From NCBI GenBank assembly GCA_002420235.1, contig DIHQ01000091.1, positions 1-46,038 of the forward strand: a DNA stretch of 46,038 bases, in the 5' to 3' direction. The DNA comes from Flavobacteriales bacterium UBA5692 (GTDB lineage Bacteria; Bacteroidota; Bacteroidia; Flavobacteriales_D; Sanyastnellaceae). Below are positions 37,058 through 46,038 of the stretch, one piece after another. The notes beneath the pieces are model-generated. The model was not told the DNA's origin. It worked only from the letters and a program-made list of their open reading frames with translations, and did not search any database. The stretch's first letter is position 1; each line of letters opens with the position of its first letter. A program made the translations under genes and the position numbers.

Positions 37058-37750
37058 ATGAAATTTGGAGTGGTCACTTTTCCCGGATCAAATTGTGATA
37101 TGGATATGGTAAATGCGCTGAAGCACGATTTGGGGTTTTCTGTCGAAAAACTTTGGCATAAGGACCGCAACTTGCAAAAGGCTGACGTTATCGTTTTACC
37201 CGGTGGGTTCAGTTACGGCGATTACCTTAGGAGTGGAGCCATTGCTCGTTTTTCCCCGATTATGGATTCCGTCGCAGAACATGCAAAAAAGGGCGGACGG
37301 GTATTCGGCGTGTGCAACGGCTTCCAAATTTTGTGCGAAACCGGCTTACTGCCAGGAGCGCTGTTGCACAATGTGAGCCGCAAATTTATCTGCAAAAACG
37401 TCACTCTGAAACCCGTCTCAAGGACGGCACCAGTCTGTAGTGCGCTAGATGCTTCAATTCCAATAACCGTTCCAATAGCTCATGGTGAAGGCAACTACTT
37501 CATCGATGACAACGGGCTACGAGACCTTCAAGACAATGATCAAATCCTGTTCCAGTACTGTGATGAAAAGGGTGCTGTAAATGCTTGGTCCAATCCCAAC
37601 GGTGCAATTGCCAATATTGCAGGGGTAGCCAACAAGGGATTAAACGTTTTCGGCATGATGCCGCACCCCGAGCGCGCAACAAGCAAAGATTTAGGCAATA
37701 CCGACGGAAAGGGTATTCTGGCAGGCTTAGCCGCCCTAGTGACAGCCTAA
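37058..37750 (+). CDS. purQ: Phosphoribosylformylglycinamidine synthase, glutamine amidotransferase subunit
   Basis: 230 aa with MKFGVVTFPGSNCD, the catalytic Cys context GVCNGFQIL, and MMPHPER. Confidence 0.93.
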   Translation: MKFGVVTFPGSNCDMDMVNALKHDLGFSVEKLWHKDRNLQKADVIVLPGGFSYGDYLRSGAIARFSPIMDSVAEHAKKGGRVFGVCNGFQILCETGLLPGALLHNVSRKFICKNVTLKPVSRTAPVCSALDASIPITVPIAHGEGNYFIDDNGLRDLQDNDQILFQYCDEKGAVNAWSNPNGAIANIAGVANKGLNVFGMMPHPERATSKDLGNTDGKGILAGLAALVTA

Positions 37751-37821
37751 AAATCCGTTTTTGAATGCGACTTGTAGCAAATATTGATCTTGTTCGCGCT
37801 GATGTTGAACATGATTGCCTT

Positions 37822-37829
37822 TAGATTTG
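37822..37829 (+). promoter_or_regulatory. Candidate -7 promoter box TAGATTTG for dxs
   Basis: Exact TAnnTTTG match lying 7 nt before ATG 37837 and 34 nt before ATG 37864. Confidence 0.35.
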
Positions 37830-37863
37830 TTTGACCATGGAAGGCGAAAAAGCCATTACTTCA

Positions 37864-39807
37864 ATGAATAACTATCCCGCTGGCCCACATCTGTCGCGCA
37901 TCGAAGTTCCTTCGGATTTACGCCAGCACTTCACTGTTGAAGATTTACCGGCAATCTGTGATGAATTGCGCAACTTCATTGTAGATATCGTTTCTGAAAA
38001 AGGAGGACACTTTGGAGCCAGCTTAGGCGTTGTAGAATTGACAGTGGCCCTGCATTACGCGTTTAACACCCCTGAAGATCAGTTAGTTTGGGACGTCGGA
38101 CATCAAGCGTACGGTCACAAAATTTTGACTGGGCGTCGCAATCAATTCCACACCAATCGTCAATATGGAGGTATTTCTGGCTTCCCCAAGCGAAGCGAAA
38201 GTGAATTTGACACCTTTGGCGTTGGCCATAGCTCTACCTCCGTTTCGGCTGCCTTGGGTATGGCCGTTGCGAGCAAGCTGAACGGACATTATGATAAAAA
38301 ACATGTCGCAGTCATCGGTGATGGAGCCATGACGGCAGGATTAGCCTTTGAAGGACTTAACCACGGTGGAGCGGAAGACGCCAACTTGCTAGTCGTATTG
38401 AATGACAATTGCATGTCTATCGACCCCAACGTCGGTGCGTTGAAGGAATACTTGACAGATATTACTACCTCAAAAGCCTACAACAAAGCCAAGGATGAAG
38501 TATGGCATCTGCTCGGACGCATTTCCAAATTTGGCCCAAATGCGCAATCCATTGTTCAAAAAGTTGAGGCCGCTGTAAAAACCGCCTTTCTCAAGCAATC
38601 AAACCTATTCGAATCCTTAAATTTCAGATACTTTGGCCCCGTGGACGGTCATGACGTCGAACACTTGGCGCAAATTCTGAACGATATTAAGGATATACCA
38701 GGTCCCAAGTTGCTTCACTGCGTGACTGTTAAGGGGAAAGGCTATGCACCGGCCGAAGAGGGGAGCGCGACCACCTGGCATGCACCTGGGTTATTCAACA
38801 AAAAAACAGGCGAAATCAAAAAGTCCGCTCCTTCACTGCCAAAGCCGCCGAAGTTTCAAGACGTTTTTGGCTATAGCATCATTGAGCTGGCCAAACAAGA
38901 CTCACGTATTGTTGGTGTAACACCAGCGATGCCGTCTGGCTGCTCCTTAAAGTACATGCTTGAGGAAATGCCAGACAGGGCATTTGACGTGGGCATCGCA
39001 GAACAACATGCCGTGACCTTCAGTGCCGGCATGGCTACACAAGGTAAAGTGCCATTCTGCAATATCTACTCTACCTTCATGCAACGTGCTTACGACCAAG
39101 TCATCCACGATGTGGCTATTCAAGACTTACATGTTGTCTTTTGCCTCGATCGGGGTGGTGTGGTTGGCGCAGATGGTCCAACCCATCATGGAGCCTACGA
39201 TATCGCTTACATGCGGTGCATTCCCAACATGGTCGTAGCAGCCCCCATGGATGAGTTGGAATTGCGCAATATGATGTACTCCGCATCTCAATTACACCAA
39301 GGCCCTTATTCCATTCGATATCCTCGCGGTGCAGGATCAATTGTTAACTGGCAACAGCCTTTTGAATCAATTGCCATCGGCCAAGGACGTCGATTGCAAA
39401 ACGGGAGTGACCTTGCCATTCTCAGTATCGGAGCAATTGGAACCCAAGCCACAAAAGCCTGCCAAGAATTGGGCGAACGAGGTATTTCAGCAGCGCACTA
39501 TGACATGCGCTTTGTCAAACCATTGGACGAAATCATGTTGCATGAAATTTTCAGTAAGTTCAAGCATGTCATAACACTTGAAGATGGTTGCATCATGGGT
39601 GGATTCGGAAGTGCAATTTTGGAGTTCATGGGAGATCAGGGGTACCACGCTCAGGTTCGCCGTTTGGGTTTGCCAGACCACTACGTCGAACATGGTACGC
39701 AAGCAGAATTATACGCCGAGAACTGCTACGACGCAGCATCCATCGTAGCTTGCGCAATCGAAATGACCGCACAAGTTGGCACGTCAGGTGTCATGCAGTC
39801 CGCCTGA
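37864..39807 (+). CDS. dxs: 1-deoxy-D-xylulose-5-phosphate synthase
   Basis: GHSSTSVSAALGMA, GDGAMTAGLAFEGLN, IAEQHAVTF and a C-terminal transketolase domain. I chose the start at 37864 (MNNYPAGPHLSRIEVPSDLR) because the candidate promoter would place the TSS near 37836. ATG 37837 is an alternative. Confidence 0.9.
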   Translation: MNNYPAGPHLSRIEVPSDLRQHFTVEDLPAICDELRNFIVDIVSEKGGHFGASLGVVELTVALHYAFNTPEDQLVWDVGHQAYGHKILTGRRNQFHTNRQYGGISGFPKRSESEFDTFGVGHSSTSVSAALGMAVASKLNGHYDKKHVAVIGDGAMTAGLAFEGLNHGGAEDANLLVVLNDNCMSIDPNVGALKEYLTDITTSKAYNKAKDEVWHLLGRISKFGPNAQSIVQKVEAAVKTAFLKQSNLFESLNFRYFGPVDGHDVEHLAQILNDIKDIPGPKLLHCVTVKGKGYAPAEEGSATTWHAPGLFNKKTGEIKKSAPSLPKPPKFQDVFGYSIIELAKQDSRIVGVTPAMPSGCSLKYMLEEMPDRAFDVGIAEQHAVTFSAGMATQGKVPFCNIYSTFMQRAYDQVIHDVAIQDLHVVFCLDRGGVVGADGPTHHGAYDIAYMRCIPNMVVAAPMDELELRNMMYSASQLHQGPYSIRYPRGAGSIVNWQQPFESIAIGQGRRLQNGSDLAILSIGAIGTQATKACQELGERGISAAHYDMRFVKPLDEIMLHEIFSKFKHVITLEDGCIMGGFGSAILEFMGDQGYHAQVRRLGLPDHYVEHGTQAELYAENCYDAASIVACAIEMTAQVGTSGVMQSA

Positions 39808-39816
39808 CATAAAGCC

Positions 39817-40338
39817 ATGAAAAATTCCCTTCCGGAACCCATTCGGAACCGCGTCAATGAAAGTGGCCTCATTGCATTGGATTTGGATGAGTTGGCCCCA
39901 GACACTGCCGTGCGCAGCCTTGACCTCAGCAACTACTTAGAACAAGGACTGATTCTCCGTGAAAAACCGTTCAGATCGGCCATGGCTGATTTGAACGCTG
40001 CGGACTGGGAAGGGTGTGCTGTAGCGCTGCACTGCGCATCAGACGCTATTCTCCCAGATTGGGCCTGGATGCTAGCCACTTCTAAGCTGACCGCGCTTGG
40101 TGCACGCGTTTGTATTGGAGATGAAACCCGTGCTCGAGAGCGGCTGCTTCTCGACGCTATTAATGAACTCGAACTTGAGCCCTATCGGGACGGTCGGCTG
40201 GTTATTAAAGGGTGTGCTCAAGGGACTACCGCTGAAAGTCTCGCCCGCATCATTGAGCGTCTGCAACCTGTGGCCTTATTGATTTTTTACGGCGAGCCCT
40301 GCTCAACCGTTCCTGTGTACAAACGGCCGAAAAATTGA
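39817..40338 (+). CDS. DUF2480 family protein (Bacteroidota-conserved, function unknown)
   Basis: 173 aa with LILREKPFR, VALHCASDAILPDWAWML, VIKGC and YGEPCSTVPVYK, which match the conserved blocks of DUF2480 as I recall them. Confidence 0.7.
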   Translation: MKNSLPEPIRNRVNESGLIALDLDELAPDTAVRSLDLSNYLEQGLILREKPFRSAMADLNAADWEGCAVALHCASDAILPDWAWMLATSKLTALGARVCIGDETRARERLLLDAINELELEPYRDGRLVIKGCAQGTTAESLARIIERLQPVALLIFYGEPCSTVPVYKRPKN

Positions 40339-40395
40339 AAGCAATTTCGAACGGCAGGTGGTACATTGGGGACACGATCTAGGACTCATGCCCTC

Positions 40396-43221
40396 ATGAT
40401 TACGCTCCCCTCTGAACGCAAACTGTTTCTAATCGATGCGTATGCCTTGATTTTTCGGGCTTATTACGCATTCATTAAGAACCCGAGAATCAACTCGAAG
40501 GGCATGAACACCAGTGCCATTTTTGGGTTCACGAATGCATTATTAGACGTCATTCGCAACGAAGCCCCTTCGCATATAGCTGTCGTATTCGATGCCCCTG
40601 GAGGTTCCTTTCGAAATGAGACATATCCTGAATACAAGGCAAACCGCGACGAGACTCCGGAAGACATCAAACGCTCCGTGCCATGGATATTGGAGGTGAT
40701 GGAAGGCCTGAACATCCCTGCAATCAGTAAGGTCGGATTTGAGGCTGACGATGTCATCGGATTTCTCGCAAAACAAGCAGCTGCTAACGGCTTTGACGTC
40801 TACATGATGACACCAGATAAAGACTTTGGTCAACTCGTCACAGACAAAATTCGCATGTTTCGGCCTGGGCGTGGAGGCAACCCTGCCGAAGTATGGGGAC
40901 CAGACGAAATTCGAGAAAAATTTGACGTAGACGAGCCGCTTCAGGTCATCGATCTACTAGGCATGATGGGCGACAGCGCAGATAACATCCCAGGCATTCC
41001 AGGGGTAGGCGCAAAAACTGCTTCCAAACTGCTACACCAATACGGCAGCGTTGAAGGGGTCATAGAAAACGCCAATGAACTGAAAGGGAAACTTAAGGAA
41101 CGCGTCGAAGACAATAAAGAGCTAGCATTGCTCTCAAAAGAATTGGCCACCATATGCCTTGACATTCAAATGGAGTACGATTGGCAATCGATGAAATTGG
41201 ATGCGCCCCGCCCTGATGCGCTGCGAAGCACCCTCGAAGAACTCGAGTTCCGCACACTCGCTCGACGCATATTAGGCGATCCCGCTTCAAAAGCATCATC
41301 TCCTGAGAATGCCGCCACCTTTGTTTCTGCTTCCGATGAGTCAGCCCAATTGGGCTTATTTGATGGAGGCGAAGTCAAAGACACCACAAACGATGCTACC
41401 AGCGATTATCAGTCAGCGAAGGATGCCAACGCAGTTTACCAGTTCGTGAATACACAAGATGGTTTGGATATCATGTTGGGAGTGCTGCACAGTAAACAGG
41501 CGTTTGCATTTGATGCTGTTACATCGTCGTTGGATGTAATGTCGACGCAGCTCGTTGGTCTCTCATTCTCGGTCGCAGCTAAATCCGGATATTGGGTTCC
41601 TGCATCCTGCAAGCATTGGTCCGAAGGAGAACTCCTCAATCAACTCAAGCCGCTCTTTGATGACTCCAAAAAAGAGGCAATTGCGCACGGTTTAAAATAC
41701 CATTACAAGGTACTCGCCACCCGGGGCGTAGTCATCAAAAATGAGGTGTTCGATACAATGGTCGCGCACTACCTCATTCAACCTGAAACCTCGCACCAAC
41801 GAGACCGCCTTGCCGAAACTGAACTGGGCTACACCGCCATCCCCATCACAGATTTAATCGGAAAAGCAGGGAAAACCCAAAAATCCATGGCGGACTTACC
41901 CGTAGATGCTCTCACTAATTACGCTTGTGAAGTCGCCGATATCACCTTTCAATTGCGGCACATCCTCGGGCCACGTTTGACAAAAGTCGCGGCTAGCGAT
42001 CTATTTCGAACCGTAGAAATCCCTCTTGTCAAAATCTTAGCCAACATAGAACTCGAAGGGGTGCGTATCGATTCCAATGAATTAAACCGGTACAGCGAAG
42101 AGTTAGGGAAACAAATCGAAACCTTGACCCGTGAGATCCATGAACATGCAGGACAGGACTTCAATATCGACAGCCCAAAACAATTGGGGGTGATTTTATT
42201 CGAGACCCTAGAAGTCAAAGCGCGGATTAAGAAAACAAAAACCGGTCAATACCCTACGGGTGAGGAAGTCCTAGAAAAAATTAAGGACGAGCACCCCATT
42301 GTTTCCGCTGTTCTGCGGTACCGCAAGCTCAAAAAGCTGAAATCGACCTATGTCGATCCGCTTCCCAAATTGGTTAATGCCCAAACTGGTCGGTTACACA
42401 CCACCTACCACCAGACGGTTACCGCCACCGGACGACTTAGTTCAAAAGATCCCAACCTTCAAAACATCCCCATACGTACCGAAGAAGGTCGGGCCATTCG
42501 AAAAGCGTTCATACCCCGAGATGATAACCACGTGCTCCTTGCAGCTGATTATAGCCAAGTTGAATTGCGTATCGCTGCAGCATTGAGCCAAGATTCGGGG
42601 CTTGTAGATGCATTCGTGCAAGGACATGACGTGCACACCGCAACGGCGGCAAAGGTTTTTCAGGTCGACCCCAAAGCAGTTGACCGCGAAATGCGGAGCA
42701 AAGCCAAAGCTGTCAATTTTGGAATCCTCTACGGGCAGGGGGCTTTCGGATTGGCCCAAAACCTCGGAATTCACCGCCGCGAAGCAAAAGAAATTATCGA
42801 CGCCTACTTCGTTGAATTTGTTCAACTCAAAGCTTTCACCGCCGCCTGCGTTGACCGAGTGCGCGAAACCGGTTACGCTGAAACAGTCCTCGGGCGAAGG
42901 CGATATTTACCGGATATCTTATCCAACAATGCAACCGTGCGCGCATTTGCAGAGCGCAACGCCGTCAACGCACCCATACAAGGCTCAGCAGCAGATATAA
43001 TTAAAGTAGCGATGGTTCGTATGCAAACTTCAATGGACGAAAACAACCTGAACGCTCGCATGATAATGCAAGTGCACGACGAATTGGTGTTTGATGTCCC
43101 GAAAGATGAAGTCGTGCAACTCCAGGGCCTAATTGAAACTGCCATGGCCGGAGCCGTTGAGCTTGCTGTGCCCCTGGCTGTAGACATGTCAACAGGCCAG
43201 AATTGGCTAGAAGCTCATTGA
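40396..43221 (+). CDS. polA: DNA polymerase I
   Basis: 5'-nuclease domain (KLFLIDAYALIFRAYYA, GDSADNIPGIPGVG), an exonuclease-like middle region, and a polymerase domain with DYSQVELRI, KAVNFGILYG and QVHDELV. Start set at ATG 40396. Confidence 0.95.
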   Translation: MITLPSERKLFLIDAYALIFRAYYAFIKNPRINSKGMNTSAIFGFTNALLDVIRNEAPSHIAVVFDAPGGSFRNETYPEYKANRDETPEDIKRSVPWILEVMEGLNIPAISKVGFEADDVIGFLAKQAAANGFDVYMMTPDKDFGQLVTDKIRMFRPGRGGNPAEVWGPDEIREKFDVDEPLQVIDLLGMMGDSADNIPGIPGVGAKTASKLLHQYGSVEGVIENANELKGKLKERVEDNKELALLSKELATICLDIQMEYDWQSMKLDAPRPDALRSTLEELEFRTLARRILGDPASKASSPENAATFVSASDESAQLGLFDGGEVKDTTNDATSDYQSAKDANAVYQFVNTQDGLDIMLGVLHSKQAFAFDAVTSSLDVMSTQLVGLSFSVAAKSGYWVPASCKHWSEGELLNQLKPLFDDSKKEAIAHGLKYHYKVLATRGVVIKNEVFDTMVAHYLIQPETSHQRDRLAETELGYTAIPITDLIGKAGKTQKSMADLPVDALTNYACEVADITFQLRHILGPRLTKVAASDLFRTVEIPLVKILANIELEGVRIDSNELNRYSEELGKQIETLTREIHEHAGQDFNIDSPKQLGVILFETLEVKARIKKTKTGQYPTGEEVLEKIKDEHPIVSAVLRYRKLKKLKSTYVDPLPKLVNAQTGRLHTTYHQTVTATGRLSSKDPNLQNIPIRTEEGRAIRKAFIPRDDNHVLLAADYSQVELRIAAALSQDSGLVDAFVQGHDVHTATAAKVFQVDPKAVDREMRSKAKAVNFGILYGQGAFGLAQNLGIHRREAKEIIDAYFVEFVQLKAFTAACVDRVRETGYAETVLGRRRYLPDILSNNATVRAFAERNAVNAPIQGSAADIIKVAMVRMQTSMDENNLNARMIMQVHDELVFDVPKDEVVQLQGLIETAMAGAVELAVPLAVDMSTGQNWLEAH

Positions 43222-43331
43222 TTGAGACTAGAATCACTCTGCACATCAAGCTGTGTGGAACTTTTTTGATTGGTTTCCGTAAACCTGTCGGGTGAGAGGC
43301 ATATTCGTCTTTAATACCCAGAGATAAAATC

Positions 43332-44255
43332 ATGCGTTTTAATCAACGAATCCAAGCCCTTCCTCTCCTCATCGGACTGGGCGTATTTTTAACCACCGGA
43401 TGCGGTGGAAGTCAAGACGAGCACGCCGGTCACGACCACGGCACAGAAACGGAAGCAGTAGGAGGCATGGATACCGATGGTATGGCAGTGACCTCACGTC
43501 AAAATACCCTAACAAAAATTTTTCATGCGGCGCCTTCACCTATTGAAACCGCTTCGCTCATAAAACGCAGCGGTGCCAACTTCCACAAGGACGCCTTAAA
43601 TGGTGCCAACCGTGCCAGCGAATACACCACCAGCGACGCTCAAGCCATCAACCTAGGCGTTTACGGTGCTGACCTCAGCTACGCAACAATTTTTGAAGAA
43701 AACTCAACAGGTCTTGAATACCTCGCTGTAATTAAATCACTTAGTGCTGAACTAGGCGTGGATGATGTATTGAGTGGAGCGAGAATAGACGAATTGGAAG
43801 CCAATCGTAACGACCGCGAAATGCTCATTGACATTGTATCAGATACCTTTTATGAACTAAACGAGCGGCTGAAATTCAATGGTCAAGAAGACCTTGCTGG
43901 ATTGGTTGTTGCTGCTGGTTGGGTGGAAGGCATGTATCTCGCGACACGTCATCTTGAAGAAGCGTCTGAAGAGCTTAAGACCCGTATCGCCGAGCAAAAA
44001 CTCGTTCTCGATGACGTGATGCGCCTGTGCCAAAGCTATGAGCAAACGGAAGCCTTGGAGGAGCTTTTGACTTCCATGGAAGCTATTGTAGCTGCTTACT
44101 CAGATGTGTCAACAGCAGAGGGCGAAGGAACCACTTCCCGGGAAGAATCCGGTTCATTCGTCATCGGAGGTGGACCGACCTTCAGTGCAGACAATGCAAC
44201 CATTGAAGCCATCGCCTCCGCTGTGGAAACCGTTCGTTCTGGCTGCATTCAATAA
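43332..44255 (+). CDS. Lipoprotein of unknown function with a His-rich N-terminal linker
   Basis: 307 aa with lipobox FLTTGC, then GGSQDEHAGHDHGTE, and a mostly alpha-helical remainder. I recognise no known motif. Confidence 0.55.
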   Translation: MRFNQRIQALPLLIGLGVFLTTGCGGSQDEHAGHDHGTETEAVGGMDTDGMAVTSRQNTLTKIFHAAPSPIETASLIKRSGANFHKDALNGANRASEYTTSDAQAINLGVYGADLSYATIFEENSTGLEYLAVIKSLSAELGVDDVLSGARIDELEANRNDREMLIDIVSDTFYELNERLKFNGQEDLAGLVVAAGWVEGMYLATRHLEEASEELKTRIAEQKLVLDDVMRLCQSYEQTEALEELLTSMEAIVAAYSDVSTAEGEGTTSREESGSFVIGGGPTFSADNATIEAIASAVETVRSGCIQ

Positions 44256-44273
44256 ACGAGAAGTAGAATAGCA

Positions 44274-44699
44274 ATGAAACATACACTCTTACTCCTGCTG
44301 GCCTTTGGTCTTTTCACCACAATGGCTGAGGCTCAGTGCCGATCGTTCACGAAGAAGAATTGCCTGTCCTCGTTGGATGGATACATTCAAAACGACAACT
44401 ACAATAGTGCGATCCTTATTCCAGGTGACGAAGCCGAATTGATGTTGACGTTCCTGGCGGGCCAGGACTACCGACTGATCATTTGTAGCCACCCTGTTCT
44501 TGGTGAAGTGGCCTATGAAATCAACGATGCAGGTGGCAAGCTTCTCTTCGACAGCCGCAAAAACGAGCCCGATGTAAACTATGTTGACTTTAAAGTGGAA
44601 ACTACGCAACAACTGCAAATCCGCGTGCAAGTGCCCGAAACCAGAACGGCAATCATGCACGAGGGATGTGTCACGGTATTAGTCGGCTCAAAAAGCTAA
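44274..44699 (+). CDS. Small secreted protein of unknown function (predicted beta-rich, 4 Cys)
   Basis: 141 aa with signal peptide MKHTLLLLLAFGLFTTMAEAQ and Cys residues at mature positions consistent with two disulfides. Lies 18 nt downstream of the lipoprotein gene. Confidence 0.5.
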   Translation: MKHTLLLLLAFGLFTTMAEAQCRSFTKKNCLSSLDGYIQNDNYNSAILIPGDEAELMLTFLAGQDYRLIICSHPVLGEVAYEINDAGGKLLFDSRKNEPDVNYVDFKVETTQQLQIRVQVPETRTAIMHEGCVTVLVGSKS

Positions 44700-44724
44700 C
44701 TCAATCTATCCTTGGAAAATATGA

Positions 44725-44757
44725 AAAGGACCGCACCACCGCGGTCCTTTGCTTTTT
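44725..44757. terminator. Bidirectional rho-independent terminator between convergent genes
   Basis: AAAGGACCGC (44725-44734), a 6-nt loop, and GCGGTCCTTT (44741-44750) form a 10-bp perfect stem. GCTTTTT follows on the plus strand and a T-run follows on the minus strand. Confidence 0.7.
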
Positions 44758-44774
44758 CGAGAAATAAAGGGGGG

Positions 44775-46038
44775 TTACTTTACAAACAATTGTGTGGCTG
44801 ACCTGCGACCGTCAGCCTCAACAACCAGTAAATAATTGCCTTGGGCTAATTGTGCTACTGGTATGTCAAATCGATGGTCTCCTGCCGGCAGAGCACCGTT
44901 GATAACGTTCCACATTTGACGACCAGTCAAGTCGAATAAATCAATCGAAACTACATCGAAAGGCTGGTGCGTATTAAACTCCAACGTGGACATTGAAGAC
45001 GCTGGATTGGGATAAACAGACAGAGCGATACCAGCTAAGCGTTCACGCTCTACCACATCAGCAATGGTCAGCACCTCAATGTTGATGTCATCCAAGAAAA
45101 TATTATTCCCGAGGCGACTCTCAAACTCAAACATGATGCGAAAGTTCTCTGTTAAAAACTGCTCATACGGAATGCTAAGGGTATAGCTGTTCCATTCGTC
45201 CGGACCGTTGGGTGTAAAAACATATGGATGCGGAGGAGCGGATGGCAAGTCTGTAAATCCCCTATGCATGCGGCGCAGACTCCATGTCGCACCACAATCC
45301 GGTGAGGCATATACTTTCAATCGATCATCAGTGTCATCTTCGTCTTCGTCGGTGCCTTTGTAACAATATGCCCACCTGTATGACACTGAAATTTCCGCTG
45401 CTTCGGACATATCCATGCTACTCGAGATAAGCTGATCGCGATTGTACTCGATTCCGTTGGACCAATTGTGAATACGTAATGAGCGATCCCCTGTGTAGGC
45501 AGCTGCAGTGACTACCTCCCAACCGCTTCCGTCATTCGATACGTCTACCATGAACCAATCATCGCCCAACTCGTCTGATTCAAAGCTGTCCTCAAAAGGC
45601 GTTTCCATAGCTCCAACTTCGAGTACTTGGATGTACGACGACTCAGTGATTGATGCTTCGTTGACGCCATTCGAAACGGTCAAAGCCACATCGAAAATAC
45701 CGGCTTGGTCAAAAGTGTGCCATGGTGTCTCTTCTTCGCTCGACCCACCATCTCCAAAATTCCACGACCAGCCTGTCACACCGTGGTAGCTCGAATCAAA
45801 AAATTGAATCGAATCACCCACGCAAATGGTTTGGCGAGAAGCTGTGAAGCGAGCTTCACAAAGAATAGGATCTTGATTCACACCCGTCTCTTCTAAGTTC
45901 GCTGGCGTCCAAAGCTGGTTACGTTGAGCAGTGCTGCTGTTCATGGCAGCACGCATGCGCAGACGCTGCCCCTCGGTAAACATGCGACCACAGTACGAAT
46001 ATTCCATGTAATTCTGGACATTGTCGTGGGAACCACAA
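44775..46038 (-). CDS. M43 (pappalysin/cytophagalysin-like) metalloprotease C-terminal part, PKD domain, MAM-like domain, T9SS C-terminal sorting domain (5' end beyond the window)
   Basis: The reading frame stays open upstream of the tracked Met to the window edge (..CGSHDNVQNYMEYSYCGRMFTEGQRLRMR, the M43 post-Met-turn signature). A PKD domain follows (SWNFGDGGSSEEETPWHTFDQAGIFDVALTVSNG). The C-terminus (LSVYPNPASSMSTLEF..DLTGRQ..GNYLLVVEADGRRSATQLFVK) is a type A T9SS sorting domain. Confidence 0.75.
   Translation of the reverse strand, partial: CGSHDNVQNYMEYSYCGRMFTEGQRLRMRAAMNSSTAQRNQLWTPANLEETGVNQDPILCEARFTASRQTICVGDSIQFFDSSYHGVTGWSWNFGDGGSSEEETPWHTFDQAGIFDVALTVSNGVNEASITESSYIQVLEVGAMETPFEDSFESDELGDDWFMVDVSNDGSGWEVVTAAAYTGDRSLRIHNWSNGIEYNRDQLISSSMDMSEAAEISVSYRWAYCYKGTDEDEDDTDDRLKVYASPDCGATWSLRRMHRGFTDLPSAPPHPYVFTPNGPDEWNSYTLSIPYEQFLTENFRIMFEFESRLGNNIFLDDINIEVLTIADVVERERLAGIALSVYPNPASSMSTLEFNTHQPFDVVSIDLFDLTGRQMWNVINGALPAGDHRFDIPVAQLAQGNYLLVVEADGRRSATQLFVK

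Noticed and set aside
43222-43331. Possible terminator after polA (CACA-TCAAGC-TGTG followed by AACTTTTTT, about 43242-43266)
   Set aside because: The stem is only 4 bp, which is too weak to call. The T-run may be incidental or part of the downstream promoter region.
1-46038. Search for tRNA/rRNA genes, CRISPR repeats, IS elements or transposases, integrases, toxin-antitoxin pairs and known defence genes
   Set aside because: No non-coding gap exceeds about 190 nt. I saw no regularly spaced repeats and no ORF with transposase, integrase, nuclease-helicase or reverse-transcriptase signatures. The window reads as conserved core genome.

Overview
This window looks like a compact, almost entirely coding, core-genome stretch of a Bacteroidota (Flavobacteriia-like) chromosome. 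Three things support that placement: the CBS-nadK-DUF6089-uppS-bamA-skp envelope cluster, a T9SS C-terminal sorting domain, and TAnnTTTG-type -7 boxes in place of Shine-Dalgarno sites. I call 37 protein genes. Most are housekeeping: bamA, uppS, nadK, pdxJ, kbl, metG, asd, rnpA, purD, purQ, dxs and polA. I found no rRNA, tRNA, CRISPR array, IS element, integrase, phage gene or recognisable defence gene, and only one clear rho-independent terminator. I do not see a convincing novel system. The best candidates for follow-up are listed here. (1) A three-gene operon of YfiR-like, periplasmic TPR and HAMP-PP2C transmembrane phosphatase proteins, which resembles YfiBNR but has a phosphatase output. 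(2) A 1063-aa secreted protein with three lamin-tail-like modules and an internal C8 homopolymer, placed next to DUF4271 and a HemD-like gene. (3) A fused WaaE-like GT2 plus GT9 glycosyltransferase whose 3' end overlaps a convergent O-antigen-ligase-like gene. (4) A translationally coupled kbl plus FAD-oxidoreductase pair. (5) An uncharacterised lipoprotein and small secreted protein pair beside a T9SS-targeted M43 protease. All family assignments come from reading motifs by eye and need HMM or BLAST confirmation.
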